NCBI GenBank assembly: GCA_021789595.1 | Contig: JAJYJJ010000008.1 | Location: 25,403 to 89,402 of the forward strand | Reading direction: 5' to 3' | Length of the DNA stretch: 64,000 nt | From: Nitrospirota bacterium | GTDB taxonomy: Bacteria; Nitrospirota; Thermodesulfovibrionia; UBA6902; JAJYJJ01 | In this document: piece by piece, positions 24,264 through 32,361 of the stretch | How positions within the stretch are numbered: the stretch's first letter is position 1 | Layout of the letters: the number at the start of each line of letters is the position of its first letter | Position numbers and translations under genes: made by a program | The notes under the pieces: model-generated | Database searches by the model: none | Seen by the model: the letters and a program-made list of their open reading frames with translations, nothing else | What the model was told of the DNA's origin: nothing

Positions 24264-26336
24264 CTACCTGTCTCCTATTATTTTCTGCTGAAGGCTCTTT
24301 ACTGCCTTTTCCAGACGTTCAAGCTCCTTTATCTCTTCCTGCATCAGTGGAAATTGGAGCACTGGGAGATTGAATCTTTCCTTAATCTCCATCAGGTATT
24401 TCATCTGCATCTGTCTTCTGTTTTTAAAGAAGTCATTCACACACACATCCTCAGGCAGTATCATATTTGCGATAACAAGCTGCGTCTCTATGCCAGCCTC
24501 TTTCAGATCGAGCATTGCCCGATAGGACTCCATAATCGGTGTCGATTCCGGATACAGGACAAGGCTGAATATAGTGCGGTTCCTGTCTTTCAGTATCCGG
24601 ATGATATCCCTGAACCTGTTCTGTGTTGCCTCCTTTGCTTCCTGGCTTTCTGCTCCGCCGACCATCATTTCCACCTGTTTTGCATAATCAAAGGGCAGAT
24701 CGAGAAGCCTGAGCGTATGGCCTGTCGGAGAAGTGTCGAATACTATTACATCATACTCCTGTCCCTCAATGAATTGTATGAACTTATCAAAGGCAGCCAT
24801 CTCTTCTGTGCAGGGAGAGTTCAGTTCCTCCTCCATGGCGGCAAGCATGTCTTCGGAATATTTCCCTCTGGCATCATTCAGCACCCTTTCTTTGTATTCC
24901 TTAAACGCTGCTTCCTGATCAATCATAACTGCATAGAGGTTATCTGTAATCTTTGAAGGTTCACTTCCGACCCGAATGCCGAGAACCTCTCCAATGTGTG
25001 CCGCGGGATCTGTGGTGATGAGTAGTGTCTTAAAACCCCTTTGAGCGCTGTACAGAGCGGCGATGCACGAGATCGTCGTCTTTCCCACGCCGCCCTTGCC
25101 GGTGAAAAATATGGCTTTTGTCTCGCCTGCGCGAGGAAGCCAGAGATGATCTATGTCAGGTTTTTCGATATTGCTAAGTCGGTCATTAGTAAAACCGCAT
25201 AAATCACCCTCCCCTTCATCCCCTCCCATCAAGGGAGGGAAAATTAACTCCCCCTTCCCCCTCTTAAGATAAGAGGGGGTGCCAAAGGCGGGGGCGTTAT
25301 CTCCCCTGGAGGGAGAGGGCGAGGGTGAGGGGGGATTGTTAGTAAATAGTTCTTCCGCAACACCCCTTAAAGCATTCACCCCTTTTACCTCGTTATCCCT
25401 TAAGAGCATATACCGTTTCGGCTTCTCTATGGCGCTTTCCGTTTCTTTAATCACCCTTTGTTGTGAATTGTATTTTCTTCTGAAAAATTCAATGTCACAG
25501 ACCTCTTCAGGCAGGATGCCGTTTATGATTATTTGAGCGGATTTAATTCCGATGGTCTCAAGCTCTTTCGATGCCCTAAGTGTCTCATAGAGAGAGAGTT
25601 CCTCGGGTCTCATAACAAATATGAATGTCGTCCTTTCAGTATCTCTCAAGAGTGCCGTTGCCCTGTCGTACTTGTCCTTTGAGTCCTGAATAGACTGGAC
25701 AGGTCCAAGGCAGGTCTGTCCGCTCCCCTTCGCAGACTCTTCAATGTGTTTGGACCAGTCCACAGGAAGCTCAAGCAGCCGAATGGTGTGTCCGGTGGGA
25801 GCTGTATCAAAGACAATGACCTCATATTCATCACCTTCCATGAAGTCTATGAACCGGTCAAACGATGCCATTTCCGTAGTGCACGGGCCGCTCAAATTCT
25901 CCTCTAAAGATGTAATAACATCTTCCGGCATTAGTTCCCTGAACGGCCCTATGATGCGTTCCTTATATTCCTTTGTGGCTTCGTCAGGATCTATCTCCAT
26001 GGCAAAGAGGAATCCCTTCTTTTCACCCTCCCCTTCGTCCCCTCCCGTCAAGGAAGGGGGATTATTAGGTTCCTCACCTCGCTGGAGAGGCTCTCTTATA
26101 TTTTCCCTCTCCCCTTGCGGGAGAGGGTTGGGGTGAGGGGGTATATTTATTGGTGTTATCTTATGTCCTATCTCCTGTTCAAACACATCAGCAAGATTGG
26201 AGGCTGGATCTGTGGTGAGAATAAGTGTCCTTTTGCCGCTCAGTGCATAATGAATTGCAGTGGCAGATGCCATTGTGGTCTTGCCGACACCGCCTTTGCC
26301 AGAAAAGAAAATGTATTTCGTCATTTCATCCACCAA
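24264..26336 (-). CDS. arsA: arsenite-stimulated ATPase ArsA (two-domain) with two in-frame repeat insertions
   Basis: Two GKGGVGKTT P-loops and two DTAPTGHT/DTSPTGHT signature motifs. At 690 aa it is longer than I recall for typical ArsA. Confidence 0.93.
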   Translation of the reverse strand: MVDEMTKYIFFSGKGGVGKTTMASATAIHYALSGKRTLILTTDPASNLADVFEQEIGHKITPINIPPHPNPLPQGERENIREPLQRGEEPNNPPSLTGGDEGEGEKKGFLFAMEIDPDEATKEYKERIIGPFRELMPEDVITSLEENLSGPCTTEMASFDRFIDFMEGDEYEVIVFDTAPTGHTIRLLELPVDWSKHIEESAKGSGQTCLGPVQSIQDSKDKYDRATALLRDTERTTFIFVMRPEELSLYETLRASKELETIGIKSAQIIINGILPEEVCDIEFFRRKYNSQQRVIKETESAIEKPKRYMLLRDNEVKGVNALRGVAEELFTNNPPSPSPSPSRGDNAPAFGTPSYLKRGKGELIFPPLMGGDEGEGDLCGFTNDRLSNIEKPDIDHLWLPRAGETKAIFFTGKGGVGKTTISCIAALYSAQRGFKTLLITTDPAAHIGEVLGIRVGSEPSKITDNLYAVMIDQEAAFKEYKERVLNDARGKYSEDMLAAMEEELNSPCTEEMAAFDKFIQFIEGQEYDVIVFDTSPTGHTLRLLDLPFDYAKQVEMMVGGAESQEAKEATQNRFRDIIRILKDRNRTIFSLVLYPESTPIMESYRAMLDLKEAGIETQLVIANMILPEDVCVNDFFKNRRQMQMKYLMEIKERFNLPVLQFPLMQEEIKELERLEKAVKSLQQKIIGDR
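25204..25336. repeat. GC-rich palindromic repeat modules inside the arsA A1-A2 linker
   Basis: A 36-nt module at 25204-25239 is 33/36 identical to 26023-26058. GGGAGAGGG-N3-GGGTGAGGGG at 25311-25334 matches 26119-26141. Hairpins include CCCTCCC-ATCAA-GGGAGGG. Confidence 0.7.
26023..26141. repeat. second copy of the GC-rich palindromic repeat modules, inside the arsA A1 domain loop
   Basis: Same two modules as at 25204-25336, with a 9-bp hairpin CCCTCTCCC-CTTGC-GGGAGAGGG (26105-26127). Confidence 0.7.
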
Positions 26337-26667
26337 CCTGTAAGGTAATAGGTTTCTTTTTCAATGGCTCTATCCCCAATGCCCTGCATAGCTCTTCATA
26401 CGATGGATATTCCCCTGTCTTCATCACCTCTCCGCTGACCATTGTAATGGGCAGTACCTTTTTACCGTTTTCATGAAGCAGTTCGGCGATCGTTTTGTTT
26501 GCCATAAATGCCCTTGGCTGCTGGGCAAGGTTATATCTCTCTACTTCCACCCCCTGCTTTTTTAATGCCAGCACCGCATCGTTCATCTTTACCAGAACAG
26601 GGTCAATGCTTGGCCCGCAAAGCCCCGATGAACAGCACATCGCCGGGTCGTAGATTTCTATTTTCAT
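26326..26667 (-). CDS. arsD: arsenic metallochaperone ArsD
   Basis: MKIEIYDPAMCCSSGLCGP shows the Cys12-Cys13-Cys18 pattern. It overlaps the arsA start by 11 nt. Confidence 0.9.
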   Translation of the reverse strand: MKIEIYDPAMCCSSGLCGPSIDPVLVKMNDAVLALKKQGVEVERYNLAQQPRAFMANKTIAELLHENGKKVLPITMVSGEVMKTGEYPSYEELCRALGIEPLKKKPITLQVGG

Positions 26668-26685
26668 ACCAATTCCTCCTTTATC

Positions 26686-27582
26686 TTATTTGTTACCTTT
26701 TACGAGCAATACCGGCCTGTCGCTGTACTCAACGACATTCCGTGAAACCGATCCCCAGAGGACGCCCTCTACGTACCCCTTTCCATGAGAACCCATCACA
26801 ACAAGTGAAACATCCTCTTCCCTTGCAATACGGATAAGATCAGCACCTGGCTTTCCCACATGCAGATGAATCTTTGCCTTAAAACCTGCTATCTCAAGTC
26901 TCTTTTTCACATCTTCTAATTTCTCTTTATCTATCCTCTCAAACTCCTTAAACTTTTCAGGAGACTGGAGTTTCATCGCCTTTTCATCCATTACATGGGC
27001 AACGGTAACTTCTTCAACACCTGCATCTTTCAATCCTTTCAGATATCGCAATGCTTCTTTTGCGCAGTCAGACCAGTCTGTAGGGTAGAGAACCCTGCCG
27101 AATGGAGTTGTGCAATACCGTGCACATGCCTCTTTGCTTCCACCAAATGAGGCAGGATATTTCGCTATATACACCGGCACATTGCCGTATCGTATGACCT
27201 TATCAGTATTTGAACCTATAAATATCTCGCCAAATATTCCTTTCGTCTGTCTTCCCGATACAATTAGAGATACTTTTTCCTCATCTGCTGCCTCTAATAT
27301 TTCTCTATAGGGGACACCAACTTTTATAAGTCTCTTTGCCCTGACCCCTGCATTCTCAATCATACTGACAGCCTCTACCATCTTTAAATCTGCAATCTCT
27401 GAGAATCTCTTCACATCTTCAGGGCTGTATCCCTCGTATTTGTCCATGGGTAGTTTTGATACATCTATGACATGAAGAAGGACTATCTCCTCTGTTCCTG
27501 CCTTTTTGAAATTCAAAATACACGAAAGCAGATCAAGGGAAAACTCCTCAAACTTAATCGGATAAAGTATCTTTTTATACAT
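26686..27582 (-). CDS. tandem universal stress protein (two UspA domains)
   Basis: 298 aa, with two repeats each ending in G(S)xG...V...S..PVL(L/Y)V-type motifs. Confidence 0.85.
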   Translation of the reverse strand: MYKKILYPIKFEEFSLDLLSCILNFKKAGTEEIVLLHVIDVSKLPMDKYEGYSPEDVKRFSEIADLKMVEAVSMIENAGVRAKRLIKVGVPYREILEAADEEKVSLIVSGRQTKGIFGEIFIGSNTDKVIRYGNVPVYIAKYPASFGGSKEACARYCTTPFGRVLYPTDWSDCAKEALRYLKGLKDAGVEEVTVAHVMDEKAMKLQSPEKFKEFERIDKEKLEDVKKRLEIAGFKAKIHLHVGKPGADLIRIAREEDVSLVVMGSHGKGYVEGVLWGSVSRNVVEYSDRPVLLVKGNK

Positions 27583-27584
27583 GG

Positions 27585-28637
27585 TTATTCCCTCCCCTTA
27601 AAGAGTTTAAATTCAGTCTTCTTTGCAAACCACACAAGGGCGAGCATCACCGGCACCTCGATGAGCGGGCCGATGACCGTGGCGAGTGCCACCGTGGGGT
27701 TGAAGGCCGTGATCGCAATGGCGATGGCGATTTCGAAGTCCCTTCCTGTTGCGTTAAACCCTACAGCTACTGCATCCTTATAATTCAAACCCAGTTTCCA
27801 TCCGACGAGATAAACGACCACAAACATTGTCCAGAAAAACAGCGTCATGGGTATCGCCAAATGGACAATAAACATAGGCTTTTCAAGGATCAGATCGCCT
27901 TTTAAGGCAAACATTACTATCAGGGTAAAAAGCAGCCCTACTATTGACATCGTGTCCAGATAGAATTTCAGCTTATGAAACCATTCTTCACCAAACCTTT
28001 TTACACCGAGAAATCTCGTAAGCATTCCTGCGACAAGGGGAATGCCAAGGTAAAGAAGAACGCTTTCGCCCACAACCCAAACATCAAAATTAATCTCTCC
28101 GAGAAGGAGCTTTGCATAGACGGGGATGAGGACCATCTGAATAATTGAGTTTAGCGCAACGAGGATGATCGCAAGGGGACCGTTTCCTGCTGAAAGGTAG
28201 GTAAAGACAATCACCATCGCAATACACGGGGCGAGCCCGTAAAGAACGAGCCCCGTGTACAAGTCGGGCTCGCTGCTTAAAAATATCTTTGCGAGCAGGA
28301 GCATGAAAAACGGAGCTATAGCGTAATTGAAAAACATGACTATCAGAAGCTGTTTCGGCGAACGAGTCGCCTTGCCGAGGTCTTCAAACTTAATATTTGC
28401 CATTGCAGGATACATCATCATGAAAAGCCCGACGACTATGCCGAGGGCAAGGGTATTGCCTATGCTGAATTCATAAGTCCCGTGAAAGATAGATTTAATC
28501 GCATCAATCGGCGGGGTAAGCTCAAAATTTGAAATTCCATACCACTTGCCAATGGCAATGCCGATAATCATACTGACAATGACAAACACAGGTAACAGCC
28601 TGAAGTTGTGAAGCTTCTCAAGAAATTTTCTAAACAT
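27585..28637 (-). CDS. acr3: arsenite efflux transporter ACR3
   Basis: 350 aa and polytopic, with the conserved GLAPCIAMV segment. Confidence 0.92.
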   Translation of the reverse strand: MFRKFLEKLHNFRLLPVFVIVSMIIGIAIGKWYGISNFELTPPIDAIKSIFHGTYEFSIGNTLALGIVVGLFMMMYPAMANIKFEDLGKATRSPKQLLIVMFFNYAIAPFFMLLLAKIFLSSEPDLYTGLVLYGLAPCIAMVIVFTYLSAGNGPLAIILVALNSIIQMVLIPVYAKLLLGEINFDVWVVGESVLLYLGIPLVAGMLTRFLGVKRFGEEWFHKLKFYLDTMSIVGLLFTLIVMFALKGDLILEKPMFIVHLAIPMTLFFWTMFVVVYLVGWKLGLNYKDAVAVGFNATGRDFEIAIAIAITAFNPTVALATVIGPLIEVPVMLALVWFAKKTEFKLFKGRE

Positions 28638-28640
28638 CCT

Positions 28641-29042
28641 TTACCTCCCGCAGCATTGAGTGCGTAGGTGCGAAAGATTTTTCGCCCCTACATTAGGCAC
28701 GGCATGTCGTGCCCTTACAACCTTGTTTTTCAAAAACTCCTCAAGCCTCGCCAGGTCTTCCTTAACAGCATCCTCAGGAATCCGCTCAAGAACAGAGAGG
28801 ATCAAGAATCTCTTGAACATATCAGAACTATCTATGCTGTAATGAATCCATTTACCCTGCCTTCTGTCCTTAATCAATCCAGCCTCTTTCAGCACACTGA
28901 GATGAAAGGAGACCTTTGGCTGAATCATATCGAGTGCTGCAACGATATCGCACACACATAGTTCTCCGTGCTCGAGGAGCTTTAATATCCTGAGTCTTGT
29001 TTCATCAGAGAGGGCTTTAAAAATGTTCAGTAATTCCTCCAT
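28641..29042 (-). CDS. arsR: ArsR-family metalloregulator with a repeat-derived C-terminal tail
   Basis: ELCVCDI metal site and a winged HTH. The last ~23 aa (RARHAVPNVGAKNLSHLRTQCCGR) are encoded by a palindromic repeat. Confidence 0.88.
   Translation of the reverse strand: MEELLNIFKALSDETRLRILKLLEHGELCVCDIVAALDMIQPKVSFHLSVLKEAGLIKDRRQGKWIHYSIDSSDMFKRFLILSVLERIPEDAVKEDLARLEEFLKNKVVRARHAVPNVGAKNLSHLRTQCCGR
28664..28718. repeat. REP-like double hairpin element at the arsR 3' end
   Basis: GTAGGTGCGAAA...TTTCGCCCCTAC (12-bp stem, 1 mismatch), followed by AGGCACG-GCATGT-CGTGCCC. Confidence 0.5.
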
Positions 29043-29070
29043 ATATTAAATCTCCGCCCTTATCAACTCT

Positions 29071-29343
29071 TTAACCACTGCCGGGCATTAAAAAGGAGTT
29101 ACAATATCGAGCAGTGCGGCGAGTATATTTTCCTATAAATTCTTTTTTATATAATAGAATCCTTTTCGTTCTTTCAGGTGGGAAATAACTCCTGATCATT
29201 GAAACCACAAATATTATTACAGAAAAGAGCAGGAATATCTTTATTGCATCATAAATGAAGAATTCCGATGTATCTGCAAGGCGTGAGCCGTGCTCTAATT
29301 TTATGATATTGTATGTGAGATATCCTGCAAATTCCTTCAGCAT
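29071..29343 (-). pseudogene. N-terminal remnant of a UPF0718/ArsP-type permease
   Basis: FFIYDAIKIFLLFSVIIFVVSMIRSYFPPERTK matches the permease N-terminus. The expected AALL..VTPF segment appears only in another frame, and the ORF ends after 90 aa. Confidence 0.5.
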
Positions 29344-29515
29344 TTTACCTCCAAAAACATAAGTTTAGTTATATATAAACAAAATTTGATATGTTTGTCA
29401 AGCAAGTAAAAAGTTAGACAAGTTTGTGGAGGAATGAAGATGTTCTCTGTGGACACTGAGATTTAGCAGAAATTAATAGATTTATTCAGGAGGGATCAGG
29501 AATAATTGAAGAAAC

Positions 29516-30856
29516 TTATAACTCAATCCCATAGGCATTCATCTTTTCCCAGAGGGTCTTTCTGCTTATGCCGAGCATCTCGGCAGCCTTTGTCCTATTG
29601 CCTTTTGTAGTCTTCAATATCCTGATTATATACTCCTTTTCTGCCTCTGCTGCCACATCTGAGAGGGAAAGCTGCCTATTGGTATCTGATTTCTTAGAGA
29701 TGAAAGACGGCAGGTCATCCTTCTGAATCATATCTGAGGAAGAAAGTGTAACGCATCTTTCTATCATGTTTTCAAGTTCTCTGATATTCCCAGGGTAGTC
29801 ATATTTAATGAGCGCATCTATAGCATCCTTTGAGAAACGGATATTTCTCGAGAGTTTGTTTTTATACTTATCTAAAAAGAAATCAACGAGGTAAGGGATA
29901 TCTTCCCTCCGCTGCCTTAAAGGCGGGAGTGGTATTGGTATGACATTAAGGCGATAATAAAGATCTTCTCTGAAGTTCCCTTTTTTGACCTCTGCTTCAA
30001 GGTTTCTATTTGTTGCTGCAATTATCCTTACATCCACACTCAATGTCTCTGTTCCGCCAACCCTATCGAATGTCCTTTCCTGTATTACCCTTAAAATTTT
30101 CGATTGTGTTGAAAGGGGGAGGTCTCCGATCTCATCAAGGAAAATAGTGCCGCCATTGGAAAGTTCAAACCTGCCTGGTTTTCTCTTTATCGCTCCTGTA
30201 AATGCACCTTTTTCGTGTCCAAATAACTCGCTTTCAATGAGACCATCGGGCAATGCTGCACAGTTAACCTTTATTAAAGGTTTGTCCCTCCGTCTGCTCT
30301 GGTAGTGGATTGTAGTTGCTATCAGCTCCTTGCCTGTACCGCTTTCACCAAGTATAAGGACTGTTGAGTCCGATTCAGAAACCTTCTCTATTAAGGAAAA
30401 AACATTTCTCATTTCCGGACTCTCGCCTATTATATTAGGGAAACAGTAACATCTGCTGAGGTCTTTTTTGAGTCTGATATTTTCTTCCTTCAGGCGTTTA
30501 ACATCCAGTGCTCTCTCTATAAGAAGAAGAAATTCGTCAAGCGAAAACGGTTTTGTTATATAGTCAAATGCACCGAGTTTCATTGCTTCTACGGCATCTT
30601 TAATTGTGCCGAAGGCTGTCATTACAATCACCTGCACATCCTTTGTCTGGGCGATTTCTCTGAGAATATCAATGCCATCAATATCAGGTAGTCTTACATC
30701 GGTAACCACAACATCAAATGAATTATCCCTAAATGCATCCAATGCCTCTTTGCCTGTTTTGAGGGATATGACATCATACCCAGCAGATTTGAGGGCATCC
30801 TCAAGGGTAACCCTCATCAGTTTTTCATCTTCTATTATGAGAATAGTTCCCTTCAT
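29516..30856 (-). CDS. NtrC-family sigma-54-dependent response regulator (AioR/ArxR-like)
   Basis: Receiver domain (DVVVTDVRLPDIDG), AAA+ domain (GESGTGKE, GAFTGA) and Fis-type HTH. Confidence 0.92.
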   Translation of the reverse strand: MKGTILIIEDEKLMRVTLEDALKSAGYDVISLKTGKEALDAFRDNSFDVVVTDVRLPDIDGIDILREIAQTKDVQVIVMTAFGTIKDAVEAMKLGAFDYITKPFSLDEFLLLIERALDVKRLKEENIRLKKDLSRCYCFPNIIGESPEMRNVFSLIEKVSESDSTVLILGESGTGKELIATTIHYQSRRRDKPLIKVNCAALPDGLIESELFGHEKGAFTGAIKRKPGRFELSNGGTIFLDEIGDLPLSTQSKILRVIQERTFDRVGGTETLSVDVRIIAATNRNLEAEVKKGNFREDLYYRLNVIPIPLPPLRQRREDIPYLVDFFLDKYKNKLSRNIRFSKDAIDALIKYDYPGNIRELENMIERCVTLSSSDMIQKDDLPSFISKKSDTNRQLSLSDVAAEAEKEYIIRILKTTKGNRTKAAEMLGISRKTLWEKMNAYGIEL

Positions 30857-32361
30857 ACGGACTGAATTGCTGGAAAGGCAAGCGTAAATCTACTGCCCTT
30901 TCCTGCCTCACTTTCAACATAGATTTCTCCATTATAATTTCTGATTATTCCATAGCTCAACCACAATCCAAGCCCTGTGCCCTCTCCTGGAGGTTTTGTT
31001 GTGAAGAATGGGTCAAATATCCTACTGAGGTTTTCCCGAGCAATACCATTGCCTGTGTCCATAATCTCTATTTTAACTTGTGAATCCTCACGGTAACTCC
31101 TGACCTTCAAGCTTCCCCCCTCCCGCATTGCATGGATTGCATTTATGAAAAGATTAAGCATCACCTGCTGAAAATCGTGAGGGTCAATAAAAACACTGAG
31201 ATCATCGCTTATTTCATTAATAAACTGAATCTTGCCTTTTCTGAATTTATACTCAACAAATGAATAAACATCGTTGATACCATCCCTGATGTTTAAATTA
31301 ACAGGTTTATGTTCGCCTTTCCTTGCCATCCATAGAAGTTTGCTCACTATACCTTCTATTCTAGCAAGCCCCTCACTAATAAAGTTTAGATATTTCTCCC
31401 TCAAGGCAGGGTCGTCGATACTCTGTTTCAACAGATAGTGACTGTTTAAAAGTGCTCCAAGGGGATTGTTTATCTCATGGGCGACCCCAGCAGCGAGGAT
31501 GCCTATGGATGCAAGTTTTTCTGATTGTACCATCTTTTCCTGGGTCTTTCTGAGTTCTTCGTTTGCCTGCCTTATTCTTTCCATCATGCTGTTAAATCTC
31601 TCTCCTAATACGGCGAGCTCATCGTATCCCTTTACATCAACCTTGACATTTAAGTAATCTCCATGGGTCGTTTCCATGATACTGGCAAGCTGTGTTATGG
31701 GGGCTATGAATCTCCTGCTTAATAAAAGTATGATCACAAAGCCTACAGCAAGCAAAAACATGGTGAAAATAACGATCTTTATAAGCATTGCTGTGATTTC
31801 CTGTTCTACCTTTTGCAGGGATATGGCAAATTTAAGTGTACCCCACCTTTTTTTACCAATCGAAAGAGGAACTCCGAAGTCAAGGGCATCATGACCATTA
31901 TAGTGAAACCGCTGGACAACAGTACCATCTGCCTTCAATGCCTTTAATGCCAATGGGTCAGAATAAACCTTCCCATACTCTGCGATATTGTTGTGAGATA
32001 TTACACGGCCTTCTTCATCTAAAACCGCTATATAGAGTAAATCCACATCCTGTCTGTTGTATATTCCCATTATATAGTTGTCAAGAAGCCCGCCCTCTTC
32101 CACAAGACCAAGTCTTTCATATATAAGGTCATTTATTATTGGTATGGCAAGCGTCTCACCAAACAATCGCCCCTGCCTCTCTACCTCTTTATAAAGGATA
32201 CTCTCCTCTCTTTTTACCGCTATGTATCCTATGGTGCTCATCAACAGGATAATCGCTACTGTTGTGATGACAATGAATTTAGACTGAAGGCTCAACCACA
32301 CACAAGGGGGACGTTGTCCCCCTTGTGAAATCCCCCTTAGTAAAAAACGACCCCGCATCAT
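30853..32361 (-). CDS. sensor histidine kinase (AioS-like: periplasmic sensor, HAMP, HisKA, HATPase)
   Basis: H box AHEINNPL plus N and G boxes. Start set at ATG 32361, which forms an ATGA overlap with the upstream stop (the track starts at 32394). Confidence 0.9.
   Translation of the reverse strand: MMRGRFLLRGISQGGQRPPCVWLSLQSKFIVITTVAIILLMSTIGYIAVKREESILYKEVERQGRLFGETLAIPIINDLIYERLGLVEEGGLLDNYIMGIYNRQDVDLLYIAVLDEEGRVISHNNIAEYGKVYSDPLALKALKADGTVVQRFHYNGHDALDFGVPLSIGKKRWGTLKFAISLQKVEQEITAMLIKIVIFTMFLLAVGFVIILLLSRRFIAPITQLASIMETTHGDYLNVKVDVKGYDELAVLGERFNSMMERIRQANEELRKTQEKMVQSEKLASIGILAAGVAHEINNPLGALLNSHYLLKQSIDDPALREKYLNFISEGLARIEGIVSKLLWMARKGEHKPVNLNIRDGINDVYSFVEYKFRKGKIQFINEISDDLSVFIDPHDFQQVMLNLFINAIHAMREGGSLKVRSYREDSQVKIEIMDTGNGIARENLSRIFDPFFTTKPPGEGTGLGLWLSYGIIRNYNGEIYVESEAGKGSRFTLAFPAIQSV

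Noticed and set aside
24156-24956. 266-aa plus-strand ORF, plus other long ORFs antisense to arsA
   Set aside because: It lies entirely antisense to the well-supported arsA gene. The composition is low-complexity and Leu/Phe/His-rich, with no SD or family resemblance. It is a shadow ORF.
25204-26141. GC-rich repeats as a possible CRISPR array
   Set aside because: There are only two copies about 800 nt apart. Both lie inside a continuous ORF, each is built of hairpin modules rather than repeat-spacer units, and no cas genes are present in the window.
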